Assembly: GCA_048938025.1 (NCBI GenBank)
Contig: JBHLMP010000006.1
Location: 1-64,000 of the forward strand
DNA: 64,000 bases
Direction of reading: 5' to 3'
Origin: Promethearchaeota archaeon
Lineage (GTDB): Archaea > Asgardarchaeota > Lokiarchaeia > Sigyniarchaeales > SOKP01
In this document: positions 20,775-30,112 of the stretch, one piece after another
Layout: each line of letters starts with the position of its first letter
How positions within the stretch are numbered: the first letter of the stretch is position 1
The notes under the pieces: generated by a model
The model's input: only the letters and a program-made list of their open reading frames with translations
What the model was told of the DNA's origin: nothing
Databases searched by the model: none
Position numbers and translations under genes: made by a program

Positions 20775-21989
20775 ATGAAGTATCGAAAAATGGGTTCATT
20801 GGGTTGGGAAGTATCTGCTTTAGGTTTTGGGGCTATGCGATTGCCAGTGAATCAACAATTCAAGATTATTGAAGAAGAAGCAATTAAGATGATTCGATAT
20901 GCAATTGATCATGGCGTAAATTATATTGATACTGCATATCCATACCATGATGGGTATAGCGAAGTACTTGTAGGAAAAGCATTAAAAGAGGGTTATCGTG
21001 AAAAAGTTCATCTCACTACAAAATTACCTATTTGGTTAGTTAAAAAAAGAGAGGATTTTGACAAATATCTTAACGAACAGATTGGGAGATTACAGACAAA
21101 TCCGGATATTTATTTATTTCATGGATTAAACAAAGGACGATTTGAAAAAATTAAAAAGCTTAATTTAATCGAAAAAATGGAAGAAGCTAGAGATATTGGC
21201 TTATTTCAATACATAGGTTTCTCATTTCATGATAGTTTTGAAGTATTTCAAGAGATAATTGATTATTATGATTGGGACTGTTGTCAAATCCAGCATAATT
21301 ATCTAGATATCGATTATCAAGCGGGTACTAAAGGATTAAAATATGCTGGAAGTAAAAACATTGCAGTTATTATTATGGAACCAATTCGTGGCGGGAAATT
21401 GGCTATTCCAGAGAATAAATTAGAGACAAAGCCAGAGATTAAGGAGGTATTGGAAAACTCGAAGGTAAAAAGAAGTATGGCTGATTGGGCCTTACAATTC
21501 CTTTGGAATCAACCTGAAGTTTCAGTTGTATTAAGTGGTATGAGTACTATGGAACAAGTTATTGAAAATGTAGAATCTGCTGATAAATCAGAAATCAACA
21601 TTCTATCTGAAGAAGAGTTACAAACAATTTCAACTTTACGAGAAGCTTACAAAAAATATAATATAGTTCCTTGTACAAGTTGTGGATATTGTATGCCCTG
21701 CCCAAATGGAGTAACTATTCCAAGTGTTCTGATGTTAATGAATGAAATTGCATATTGGGGTGAAAGCCGTAAACTAAGAATTGCATTTTTTTACAACAGA
21801 ATGACTAAAACCCAAGAAGAATTAGAGAAAAAGATATCAGAAGGAGAAGAAGTTGAAGGAGCAGCCTCTCTATGTATTCAATGTGAGGAATGTCTGGATA
21901 AGTGTCCACAACAAATTGATATTCCTAATATAATGGAAAAGGCAAATGCTATTTTTGAAGAGAACAAAAAAGTTCCAGAAGTATTGTGA
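20775..21989 (+). CDS. Aldo/keto reductase with C-terminal 4Fe-4S domain
   Basis: SALGFGAMRLP, GVNYIDTAYPY, GFSFH, MEPIRGG, CTSCGYCMPCP, CIQCEECLDKCPQ. Confidence 0.93.
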   Translation: MKYRKMGSLGWEVSALGFGAMRLPVNQQFKIIEEEAIKMIRYAIDHGVNYIDTAYPYHDGYSEVLVGKALKEGYREKVHLTTKLPIWLVKKREDFDKYLNEQIGRLQTNPDIYLFHGLNKGRFEKIKKLNLIEKMEEARDIGLFQYIGFSFHDSFEVFQEIIDYYDWDCCQIQHNYLDIDYQAGTKGLKYAGSKNIAVIIMEPIRGGKLAIPENKLETKPEIKEVLENSKVKRSMADWALQFLWNQPEVSVVLSGMSTMEQVIENVESADKSEINILSEEELQTISTLREAYKKYNIVPCTSCGYCMPCPNGVTIPSVLMLMNEIAYWGESRKLRIAFFYNRMTKTQEELEKKISEGEEVEGAASLCIQCEECLDKCPQQIDIPNIMEKANAIFEENKKVPEVL

Positions 21990-22097
21990 CTTTTTCTAAA
22001 AAAATTAATGGATTGGATGTTAGAAAGTTGAAAAAATGAAGACCATATAAGTAAGTGATAATCAATTCATAAAAATTAATGATTTTATAATTTTAAA

Positions 22098-23006
22098 GTG
22101 TTTAAAATGGTTGAAGTTAATAAAATTGTAAACCCTAAAATCGAAGTAGATCTTGATGTTTGTACTAAATGTAAAGCATGCACACGTGCATGCCCCTTAA
22201 GACTTTACTACTTTAGAGATGATAATTTAGTAATGAGACGGTCTACTGAAATTTTGTGTATGGAATGTGGACATTGTTTTGCTGTTTGTCCAGTTAATGC
22301 TATAAAGTTAAGAATTTACCCTGATGAAGAGAAAATAGAGAATTTGGTAGATTTTGAGCTTCCTACTTATAAATCAGTATTAAGCCTAATTAAAGCTCGA
22401 AGGTCTATAAGAAATTTTAAACCTGAACCAATTCCAGAAGATTTGTGGAATAAACTTATTGAAGCAGGAAAATATTCTCCAACAGGTCATAATGATCAAC
22501 TGGTAAATTTTACAATTTTACGTGATCCTGAACTATTGAAAAACTTCTCAGATGAAATTACAAAGGGATTTATTGAACTTTCTAAAATTTATGCTGAACG
22601 TGATAAATGGAGAGAATACAGAATGTCTATTGAAAAAAGCAATCTAAAGATAATTGAGGGTACACTTCCATATTTTAGTGATACACTTAAGGGAATTGAG
22701 CGAGGTGAAGATTTTTGGTGCTGGAATGGAGAACTAATTATTATTCATGCCTCTAAAAAAACAAGCACACTAATTCCAGATTGTTCTGTAGCAGCTAGCA
22801 ATATCATGTTAGCCGCTGAATCATTGGGATTAGGAACATGCTCGTTAGGAATGGCGACAACTGCTATAAATACGTTTGAGAATGTTTCTAAAATAATTCA
22901 ATTTCCACAAAATCATGTAGTAGGTTATACTTTAGCAGTTGGCTTTCCAAAAATCAAGTATTATCGAATACCACCTCGAAGGTCAGCAAAAGTAAAGTGG
23001 TTTTAA
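22098..23006 (+). CDS. Ferredoxin-nitroreductase fusion
   Basis: CTKCKAC..ACP, CMECGHC.AVCP, RRSIRNF, AAESLGLGTC. Confidence 0.92.
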   Translation: MFKMVEVNKIVNPKIEVDLDVCTKCKACTRACPLRLYYFRDDNLVMRRSTEILCMECGHCFAVCPVNAIKLRIYPDEEKIENLVDFELPTYKSVLSLIKARRSIRNFKPEPIPEDLWNKLIEAGKYSPTGHNDQLVNFTILRDPELLKNFSDEITKGFIELSKIYAERDKWREYRMSIEKSNLKIIEGTLPYFSDTLKGIERGEDFWCWNGELIIIHASKKTSTLIPDCSVAASNIMLAAESLGLGTCSLGMATTAINTFENVSKIIQFPQNHVVGYTLAVGFPKIKYYRIPPRRSAKVKWF

Positions 23007-23050
23007 ACAATATATATAAATAAATTTCAAAAAGATAAAAAAAATTATTT

Positions 23051-23389
23051 TTAAATGGTTTTAATCATTATCAACATCATCTTGTACTTTTCAACAGCCT
23101 GTAATGCGTGAGGTTCATTTGCTGGCATAAGAATCATCTGACCTTTCTCCAAAATATGATCTTTTTTAGAAATTGTGATTTTAGCTTTTCCATCGAATAT
23201 ATATACAAGAGCATCAAATGGGGTAGTATGTTCGCTTAGTCCCTCACCCTTATCAAAAGAGAATAAGGTGACAGTACCTTCGTCCTTATTTATTAGTGTT
23301 CTACTGACAACTGAACCTTCTTGATAGTCGAGCATTTTCTCTAAATTATGTATTTTTACATCTTCCGTAATTAAATCTTTATCTCTCAA
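23051..23389 (-). CDS. Cupin domain protein
   Basis: VVSRTL, FDKGEGLSEHT, MPANEPHAL. Confidence 0.9.
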   Translation of the reverse strand: MRDKDLITEDVKIHNLEKMLDYQEGSVVSRTLINKDEGTVTLFSFDKGEGLSEHTTPFDALVYIFDGKAKITISKKDHILEKGQMILMPANEPHALQAVEKYKMMLIMIKTI

Positions 23390-23533
23390 ATTTCCTTCAC
23401 AATTAAATTATCAGCTTTTTAAATTAAATAAAGAAATTCTACATATAAAATTAAATTCGAACATGTTTTATCTTTTCACATTTATAATATATTATATGTG
23501 TATTAATCAAATTCGAAAATCATTTGATATTTT

Positions 23534-23644
23534 ATGAAGCGAGAAAAAAAAATTGCTATCGTTATCATCGTAACAACAATAATTCTGTTTGTATCTATTC
23601 TTTTGTTTATTATGAGTACTTCTATTAGTCCGTGAACGCCTTAA
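23534..23644 (+). CDS. Unannotated single-TM micropeptide: 33 aa ending at TGA 23633-23635, or 36 aa if TGA is recoded as Sec
   Basis: MKREKKIAIVIIVTTIILFVSILLFIMSTSISP-TGA-ACG-CCT-TAA; basic N-terminus followed by a hydrophobic helix. Confidence 0.55.
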
Positions 23645-23673
23645 AATGGGAATTAATTTATTTAAAAAAGTGA

Positions 23674-23708
23674 ATGACTCTTGTAAAAAATGTTAGTTAC
23701 AAGAAGAC
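23674..23708 (+). other. SECIS-like hairpin (alternatively an inverted-repeat operator)
   Basis: ATGA-C-TCTTGTAA-AAAATGTTAG-TTACAAGA-A-GA: perfect 8-bp stem, A-rich loop, GA/GA core. Confidence 0.4.
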
Positions 23709-23766
23709 AACCTTGTGCAGGTTTTAAATTGTTTTAATAAATAAATTTATTTAAGATGATTTTAAT

Positions 23767-24078
23767 ATGAATGAAACATTTTCCGAGCGAGTTAAACAAC
23801 TAATTAAACAAATTCCAAATGGAAAGGTTTCAACATATGGTCAAATTGCTGCTCGTGCTGGAAATCCGAGAGCTGCACGACAAGTAGCATGGATATTGCA
23901 TTCTTGTTCGAAGAAAGATAATTTACCATGGCATAGGGTTATTAATAGTAAGGGAAGGATTTCATTGCCTTATGATGGTGGTTATCAAATGCAGAAAAAG
24001 CTATTAGAGCTAGAGGGGATTGTTTTTAATGAAGATGATATTATTGATCTTGAAATTTATATTTGTCGAGTAGAGTAA
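23767..24078 (+). CDS. Alkyltransferase-like (ATL, YbaZ/Atl1) protein, MGMT family
   Basis: IPNGKVSTYGQIA, AARQVAW, LPWHRVIN (Trp replaces the catalytic Cys). Confidence 0.92.
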   Translation: MNETFSERVKQLIKQIPNGKVSTYGQIAARAGNPRAARQVAWILHSCSKKDNLPWHRVINSKGRISLPYDGGYQMQKKLLELEGIVFNEDDIIDLEIYICRVE

Positions 24079-24110
24079 TTTAAAAATTCAAAAAAATTGA
24101 GAGAAAAGAT

Positions 24111-24563
24111 ATGGTAATAAAATATAAAGATATTTTGGATATCCTTGCGCCATGTGGGCTTAGTTGCCGTAAATGTTTTGCAAACTCTAATGGGGAAATA
24201 AGAAAAAAAAGCATGGAATTACAAGAACAGTTAGGATCTTTTGATAGATATGCTGAGAGATTCTCAACATTCCTACCCGTATTTAAAAATTACCCCTCAT
24301 TTAAAGAATTACTTACATATTTAACACAAGAGAATTGTAGTGGATGTAGAAAAGGATCTTGTTTTTATCCTGATTGTGGAGTAAGAAGTTGTTATAAAGA
24401 TAAAGGAGTTGACTTTTGTTTTCAATGTGATGAATTTCCTTGTGATAAAACTAATTTTGACCCCGATCTTAAGAGGAGGTGGATTCAAATGAATAATCAG
24501 ATGAAAGAAGTAGGATTGAAATTATATTACCAAAATACTAAAGATTTACTAAGATATGAATAA
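24111..24563 (+). CDS. DUF3795-like Cys-rich protein
   Basis: APCGLSCRKC, CSGCR, C.VRSC, FCFQCDEFPC. Confidence 0.8.
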   Translation: MVIKYKDILDILAPCGLSCRKCFANSNGEIRKKSMELQEQLGSFDRYAERFSTFLPVFKNYPSFKELLTYLTQENCSGCRKGSCFYPDCGVRSCYKDKGVDFCFQCDEFPCDKTNFDPDLKRRWIQMNNQMKEVGLKLYYQNTKDLLRYE

Positions 24564-24599
24564 AAGGAAAAAAAAAATGAGATAGTTAAATTTAGGATT

Positions 24600-26705
24600 T
24601 TATAGCCAAGGCGGAATCTGCATAGGTGCATCCACAATCCATTCCGGATAGATATAACCATTTGATGTAACAATTGATTTTGTTCCACCAGATTGCCATT
24701 GTACCCATAAAGCGACAGAATAAATTGTCTCTGTAATTGGATCATACCCTTCAATTAAATCATGGTATATATTAAATGCAATATTACCTCCAGCTCCTTC
24801 AAATGGATTAGTTTTATCTATAGTTTCTAATTGAGCTACAATATCATCAGAATCAATGGATTGTACTTTGTTAATCGCGTCTGACAGCATAAAAACAGAA
24901 TCATAGGATCCTATTGCTGTATAAAAAGGATCCTTAGCCCATATTGCTGTATATGAATCCCACATTGGTATTGTTATACTTGTTTTATTAGTTCTTGTTG
25001 TTGATTGTACTACTAATTGATATTTACATGCTCCTGCTGAATATTGCCAGTAATCTTCAAATTCAGACATATAATCAATCCCAGCAATCATAAAATCGGG
25101 TTGAAGAGCCTCATATTGAGTCATCAATTTGATTCCACCTTGTGCTGAGATGAGAGGAAAAACGATTTGTGCTCCATCAGTGTGTAATTGGTATACATAT
25201 CCAGTAAAATCTGCAGAAGTAGCTGTAATTGGATACGCAATTTCACTTACTATTGTAAAATTAAACCAAGGATTAATAGTTAACCCATAGTATCCATAAG
25301 GTACATAATAACCGTGTAAAATGTTTGACCAAGGTGTCGTCCATTCAAGATTTTCCCTTATAATTCCAACTTTAGTCACGTTTACGCCTAATGCTGCCTC
25401 CAAGGCAGGTTTAAGCGTTAAAGCATAAAATTCAACAATTTCCTTCGCTAAAGATGTAGAATTGATAGGCATTGTACGGAAACAATATTTATATTTAGCA
25501 TAATCCATGGCAACAGTTGTACAGAATGAATCTGTAGATGCTCCTGTATTTATGAAAATTTTATGCTCGTCCATTACCGCTTCCCGATATGTCATTACTG
25601 CTTCTGTTCTATATCCACCAATGAAAAAATCAGGATCATGTTGAAGGATCAGATTCTCTGCTGCTAAGACTCCCTGACTAACATTTAATAAGGGAATAGC
25701 TTCGTAGGTATTTTCACCTACAATTCCAAGATAGTAAGTACCATTGGGAAAAGTCGGATCCATAGAATTATAAATTAAAATACCTCCAGCTTCGTTTATC
25801 TGTCTTATAGCTAAATATGATCCTTGAAATGTACCTTCACCCGATATATCAGTAAAATCAGCAAGGGTTCCAATCTTAATTATATGATCTTCAGGAGTAT
25901 CAATTGGTGCCCCTGGGACAAATAAAACACCCGAGTATAAATAAGGAATATCTATGTTTACAATTTCACTATTAGTAGTCTCCTCATTACCAGCGTTGTC
26001 TATAGCATAGTATTCGATGGTGTGATTTCTTTTAGCATAACCCCCTAATGTGAATAACCCAGTATATGATGTCCATGGTCCATTATCTATTCGGTATTCG
26101 ATGCTATCAACCCCTGAACCAGTACCATCATCTGCCAATAAAGTGAAGGTCGTGCTATTACTAACTATATTGGGCAAAGATTCAGGAGTATAAGATATAG
26201 AACTAGATGGGTTCATACTGTCGATGATCAATTGATAAGAGCTTACATAAGCAATATTATTTGTTTCATCAGACTCACTTACATCATTATCACTATCGAT
26301 AATCCAACCTATATAAAATATTCCATCTGGGATTCCAATATCTGGAAATATACCACTCCATGTTGAAAAACTATAATTTAAAGAAGATATTGATGGGATT
26401 GTATCAACTCCTAACAAATAATCATCTACCGTAATAATAGTATTAGTTGAAACGTAATAGCTTACATTAAAGGCACCTGTTGATGATTGCCCAAGATTCT
26501 CGACATAACACCATACTTGAATTATAGTAAAGCCGGGTTTAACTGCCGTTGGAAAAAAATCAGAATAAAGTGGTCCTCTATCTGTCAAATCTGGTGGACT
26601 TTTTTTTCCTTTTGGCAAAAAACTTACCCAGGTGATCGCAATAGAACTCACACCAATAATAATGGCTATTAAAATGGCTATTATTGTTCTTTTTTGTATT
26701 TTCAT
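24600..26705 (-). CDS. Membrane-anchored CARDB/Ig-like stalk fused to a type-1 periplasmic-binding (LivJ-like) domain
   Basis: N-terminal TM; IDSDNDVSESDETNN (CARDB); GSGVDSIEYRID...TIEYYAIDNAGNEE (Ig-like); IKIG.LAD, AIRQINEAGG, IGGYRTE, YDSVFMLSDAI. Confidence 0.8.
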   Translation of the reverse strand: MKIQKRTIIAILIAIIIGVSSIAITWVSFLPKGKKSPPDLTDRGPLYSDFFPTAVKPGFTIIQVWCYVENLGQSSTGAFNVSYYVSTNTIITVDDYLLGVDTIPSISSLNYSFSTWSGIFPDIGIPDGIFYIGWIIDSDNDVSESDETNNIAYVSSYQLIIDSMNPSSSISYTPESLPNIVSNSTTFTLLADDGTGSGVDSIEYRIDNGPWTSYTGLFTLGGYAKRNHTIEYYAIDNAGNEETTNSEIVNIDIPYLYSGVLFVPGAPIDTPEDHIIKIGTLADFTDISGEGTFQGSYLAIRQINEAGGILIYNSMDPTFPNGTYYLGIVGENTYEAIPLLNVSQGVLAAENLILQHDPDFFIGGYRTEAVMTYREAVMDEHKIFINTGASTDSFCTTVAMDYAKYKYCFRTMPINSTSLAKEIVEFYALTLKPALEAALGVNVTKVGIIRENLEWTTPWSNILHGYYVPYGYYGLTINPWFNFTIVSEIAYPITATSADFTGYVYQLHTDGAQIVFPLISAQGGIKLMTQYEALQPDFMIAGIDYMSEFEDYWQYSAGACKYQLVVQSTTRTNKTSITIPMWDSYTAIWAKDPFYTAIGSYDSVFMLSDAINKVQSIDSDDIVAQLETIDKTNPFEGAGGNIAFNIYHDLIEGYDPITETIYSVALWVQWQSGGTKSIVTSNGYIYPEWIVDAPMQIPPWL

Positions 26706-26923
26706 TTTAATATTCTCCTAATTGGATATTCATTATAAATATATCAATAATAGATTTAAAGTTTTCCTTAAATCATAAATTTTTAGGGGAACTTCTAAAT
26801 ATTTCCTTTCTTGGAGGTGTTATGATATCTATAGCAAGATAATCACAATATTACCATTCTCTTTTTGTAGTATCTTTACTGGTGGATGAGGAAATTAAAA
26901 GATTTGTAAAATATTTATTATAA

Positions 26924-27136
26924 AAAGGATCTTGTTTATATCCTGATTTTGAAGTAAGAAACTGTTATTAAAGTAAAACTATTGAATTATGCTTCCACTG
27001 CGATGAATTTCCTTGTGAAAAAACTAATTTTGATTCTGATCTTAAGAGAAGGTGGATTCAAATGAATAATCAGATGAAAGAAATAGATATTAAATCATGC
27101 TATCAGAAGTCTAAAGATTTATCAAGGTATAGGTAA
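26924..27136 (+). pseudogene. Degenerate copy of the 3' 213 bp of the DUF3795 gene
   Basis: Colinear with 24351-24563 (shares aaaggatcttgttt, gatgaatttccttgtga, ggtggattcaaatgaataatcagatgaaagaa); contains an in-frame TAA and has lost Cys codons. Confidence 0.85.
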
Positions 27137-27154
27137 GATATTTCAAAAAAATAA

Positions 27155-27622
27155 TTAAGTTAAAGATAAAATAAATTTTCTAATTTTGTTACTATATAGT
27201 CCTTCTTTAATTTCTTTTTTATTAATTTCCAGAGTTGATAGTGGTTGTTTATCACATAATTTTGCTATGTTTTCAAATGCTTTATGATCTCCTTTCCCAC
27301 CCTTAGTACAGAAAAAGGCAACATTCTTAATCTTACTCCTATACTCTGTAATATATGTTCTTATTGGCGTACTCATTCTTTTACTCCATATAGGCGTTCC
27401 AATTATGATTAAATCATATAATTCAGGATTTTTTTCAATCTCTTTAATTATTGTTAATTTCTCTCTTGTAGCATCTGCACCAGCTCTAAGAAATCCTATA
27501 ACTCCTGATCGCTTTTTAGTATCAAATATTTCTTCATACTCGCAATTTAACTCTCTTGAAATTAATTCACCAATCTTCTTTGTATTACCTGTTCTTGAGT
27601 AAAAAACTACTAAAAAACCCAT
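27155..27622 (-). CDS. Flavodoxin family protein
   Basis: VFYSRTGNT, IIGTPIW, VAFFCT.GG. Confidence 0.9.
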   Translation of the reverse strand: MGFLVVFYSRTGNTKKIGELISRELNCEYEEIFDTKKRSGVIGFLRAGADATREKLTIIKEIEKNPELYDLIIIGTPIWSKRMSTPIRTYITEYRSKIKNVAFFCTKGGKGDHKAFENIAKLCDKQPLSTLEINKKEIKEGLYSNKIRKFILSLT

Positions 27623-27796
27623 AATAAGTTATTTAACTAAAAAAAACTATTAAAACTTTAGATTTCTAATTTAAATAATAGAAATGAATTTTTCAGTAAA
27701 TTTAAAAGAATTATATTGAATAATTTAATATAAACCATTAATTCAAATTCTCATAAGAATATATTTTAAAGTTAACTAAAGTACATTATCCCGATT

Positions 27797-28642
27797 ATGA
27801 TCATTTGGATATTAGATTCCGAATCTGGAACAAAATTATTATATAAATCATTTTTGAAAACGAGTGCCGATGAGGATATTGTTTCTGGTTTTTTAACAGC
27901 GTTTCATCATTTTTCTATGGTTGAATTTAAGCAATCATTAGAATCTATAGAAATGGGTGGATTAAGATGGAGTTATATATTAGAGCCAGAGTATCAATTA
28001 CTTTTTGTGGCAGCAGACACCAAAAGTGTAAGAACTGAAATGCTAATGGGGAGATTAAATGTTATAAGAGAAGCATTCGTAAAGGAATTTAAATCCGCAT
28101 GGGAAAAAAAAGGTCACAGTTGGGATGGAAATATTAATATTTTTTTACCTTTTATTGATGTAATTGAGGATTATTATAATCAATGGGAAGAGGTTGAAAC
28201 ATTAACCCATGTTGCAGATTTTTTTGATATCTTGGGTGTTTTTCAACACATATTAATTTCAATTAGAAATATTATGGATCATAAAATGTATAGTAAGTCC
28301 AAAAATGAAATTTTAAATCTCATTGATAAATCGTATAATACTATTAAAAATCAAGCAAAATACAAAAATCATCCAGAATTGAAAAATATCTCCTATTCTA
28401 AAGAGGCTTGGTTTAATATAATTGATATAAACCTTATTAAGGGTGAAAAAAAATTAGTTATGACGTATTTGAAATCAATTCTTAGACAAATTGTAACTAT
28501 TTTAAAGGAAGTAAAAGGAGAGAATTTATGTTTAAGATATTTTAGCGAAGAACATATTTATGCTTACATTTATAATAATATGAAATTATTAAAAGATTTA
28601 AAACTAGATTTGTTTTTTTTGGAACTTTTTCTATTATTATAA
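27797..28642 (+). CDS. Soluble protein with an N-terminal longin-like domain
   Basis: IWILDSESG..LLYK, DIVSGFLTAF..F...EF...LESIEMGG, LLFVAAD; helical C-terminal half. Confidence 0.65.
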   Translation: MIIWILDSESGTKLLYKSFLKTSADEDIVSGFLTAFHHFSMVEFKQSLESIEMGGLRWSYILEPEYQLLFVAADTKSVRTEMLMGRLNVIREAFVKEFKSAWEKKGHSWDGNINIFLPFIDVIEDYYNQWEEVETLTHVADFFDILGVFQHILISIRNIMDHKMYSKSKNEILNLIDKSYNTIKNQAKYKNHPELKNISYSKEAWFNIIDINLIKGEKKLVMTYLKSILRQIVTILKEVKGENLCLRYFSEEHIYAYIYNNMKLLKDLKLDLFFLELFLLL

Positions 28643-28766
28643 TAATTAATCATAGGCTTTTGGTTATATATAGCCCTCATTTTAATTTAAGGAAGGGTCT
28701 TATTGCCAATATTATTTTATGATTTAGGTACGACTAAAAAGTTTAAATATGATTATGATAATTATA

Positions 28767-28844
28767 TAATTAGTGGAGGTAAAAATAAGAGTTATAAGAG
28801 TCGCGTATAATATTAGATTCAAATGAATAACCTCCCAATAATTA
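28767..28844 (+). promoter_or_regulatory. Candidate structured 5' leader / attenuator
   Basis: taattagtggaggt (28767-28780) is complementary to acctcccaataatta (28830-28844); TATA tttaaata at 28742. Confidence 0.4.
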
Positions 28845-28884
28845 AACATTTTATAGGAATCTAAAAGCATATATAAAATACTTA

Positions 28885-29454
28885 GTGAGAGTAGTGGAAA
28901 TTATACCGAATTTTTCATTTGGGTTATTAAATGGATGGATTTATTTCGTATTCTATTTAATTGTTTTTATTTTAGTGTTGAGTACGTGTTCTAAAGAGGT
29001 AAAAAAGCGATTATACGATAGATCTTTATGGGATAAAAAAATAAAAATAATTACAGCTATTGGGAAATTATTTTCATTTGCTAATATTATCATGATTTTC
29101 TTAGCAACTATACAATTCGGTACAATAGAGTTTATTATTGGAACGGTATTATATTCGGTTGGTCTAATAGGTTTAGGAATCGCTATTATTAATTATCGAA
29201 ATGCACCTTTAGATAAACCAATAACTATCGGATTATATAAAATATCTCGTAATCCACAAATGGTTATGATTTATATCATGTTTGCTGGAATGATTTTAAT
29301 AATCGGTTCTTGGATTAATCTGATTTTTTTATGTATTTCGATTATATGTGCTCATTTCAGTATACTAGGGGAAGAAAAAGCTTTAACTGAACAATATGGA
29401 GAATTATATGATAATTATAAGACAAAAGTACCAAGATATTTTATGTTTTTTTAA
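28885..29454 (+). CDS. ICMT/PEMT family membrane methyltransferase
   Basis: T.GLYKISRNP, EEKAL.EQYG..Y..YK.KVPRY. Confidence 0.88.
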   Translation: MRVVEIIPNFSFGLLNGWIYFVFYLIVFILVLSTCSKEVKKRLYDRSLWDKKIKIITAIGKLFSFANIIMIFLATIQFGTIEFIIGTVLYSVGLIGLGIAIINYRNAPLDKPITIGLYKISRNPQMVMIYIMFAGMILIIGSWINLIFLCISIICAHFSILGEEKALTEQYGELYDNYKTKVPRYFMFF

Positions 29455-29469
29455 AAGAATAAGAGCTAA

Positions 29470-30093
29470 TTGAAAATGATTAAACCAATTATTATTAAAA
29501 TATTTATTATCACAGTTATTAGTTTCTTTCTTATAGGATTGTTTGTACCTATGGCTATAATAAAAAAAAAAGGCAAAGATCCTCATGGAACACATGAAGG
29601 AGCTTCATTACTGACTAGATTAACGCCTTATACTATTTTTACTTGGTTAACATATATTATTTTATTTGTCATAGATGGTAAAACAATCTTAAATTTTTTA
29701 GTTTTTGAATTTGTAATTTCAGACATTTTCATATTTATCGGTATAATTATGATATCTTTGGGTTTACTAATAGATTTATGGGGAACAATCGCACTAGGAA
29801 CTAACTTTAGGATTGAACTTCCAAAAGAAGAAATCTCTCTAAATACTACTGGAATTTATAGGTTAATGAGAAATCCCATTGTTATGGGAGTTTATTTGCT
29901 TGTTACTGGAAGTTTTCTTATTATTCCGACAATAATTTCACTGATCTTCTTAATAGCAAACATTTTGACTTTTGATTCAAAAATAAGAGATGAGGAAAGA
30001 TTCCTTGCTAAACGATTTGGAGAAGAATATAAAAATTATTGCACAAAAGTAGGAAGATATCTTCCATTTAGTATAATAAAGAATAAAAGATAA
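29470..30093 (+). CDS. ICMT/PEMT family membrane methyltransferase
   Basis: LGTNFRI, TTGIYRLMRNP, EERFLAKRFGEEY..YC.KVGRY. Confidence 0.9.
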   Translation: MKMIKPIIIKIFIITVISFFLIGLFVPMAIIKKKGKDPHGTHEGASLLTRLTPYTIFTWLTYIILFVIDGKTILNFLVFEFVISDIFIFIGIIMISLGLLIDLWGTIALGTNFRIELPKEEISLNTTGIYRLMRNPIVMGVYLLVTGSFLIIPTIISLIFLIANILTFDSKIRDEERFLAKRFGEEYKNYCTKVGRYLPFSIIKNKR

Positions 30094-30112
30094 CATGTGT
30101 TGGTGATAAGAT

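Noticed and set aside
26812-26923. GGAGGT followed by ATG ATA TCT ATA GCA AGA TAA upstream of the duplicated fragment
   Set aside because: Only 6 codons; probably debris of a decayed gene, with no identifiable homology
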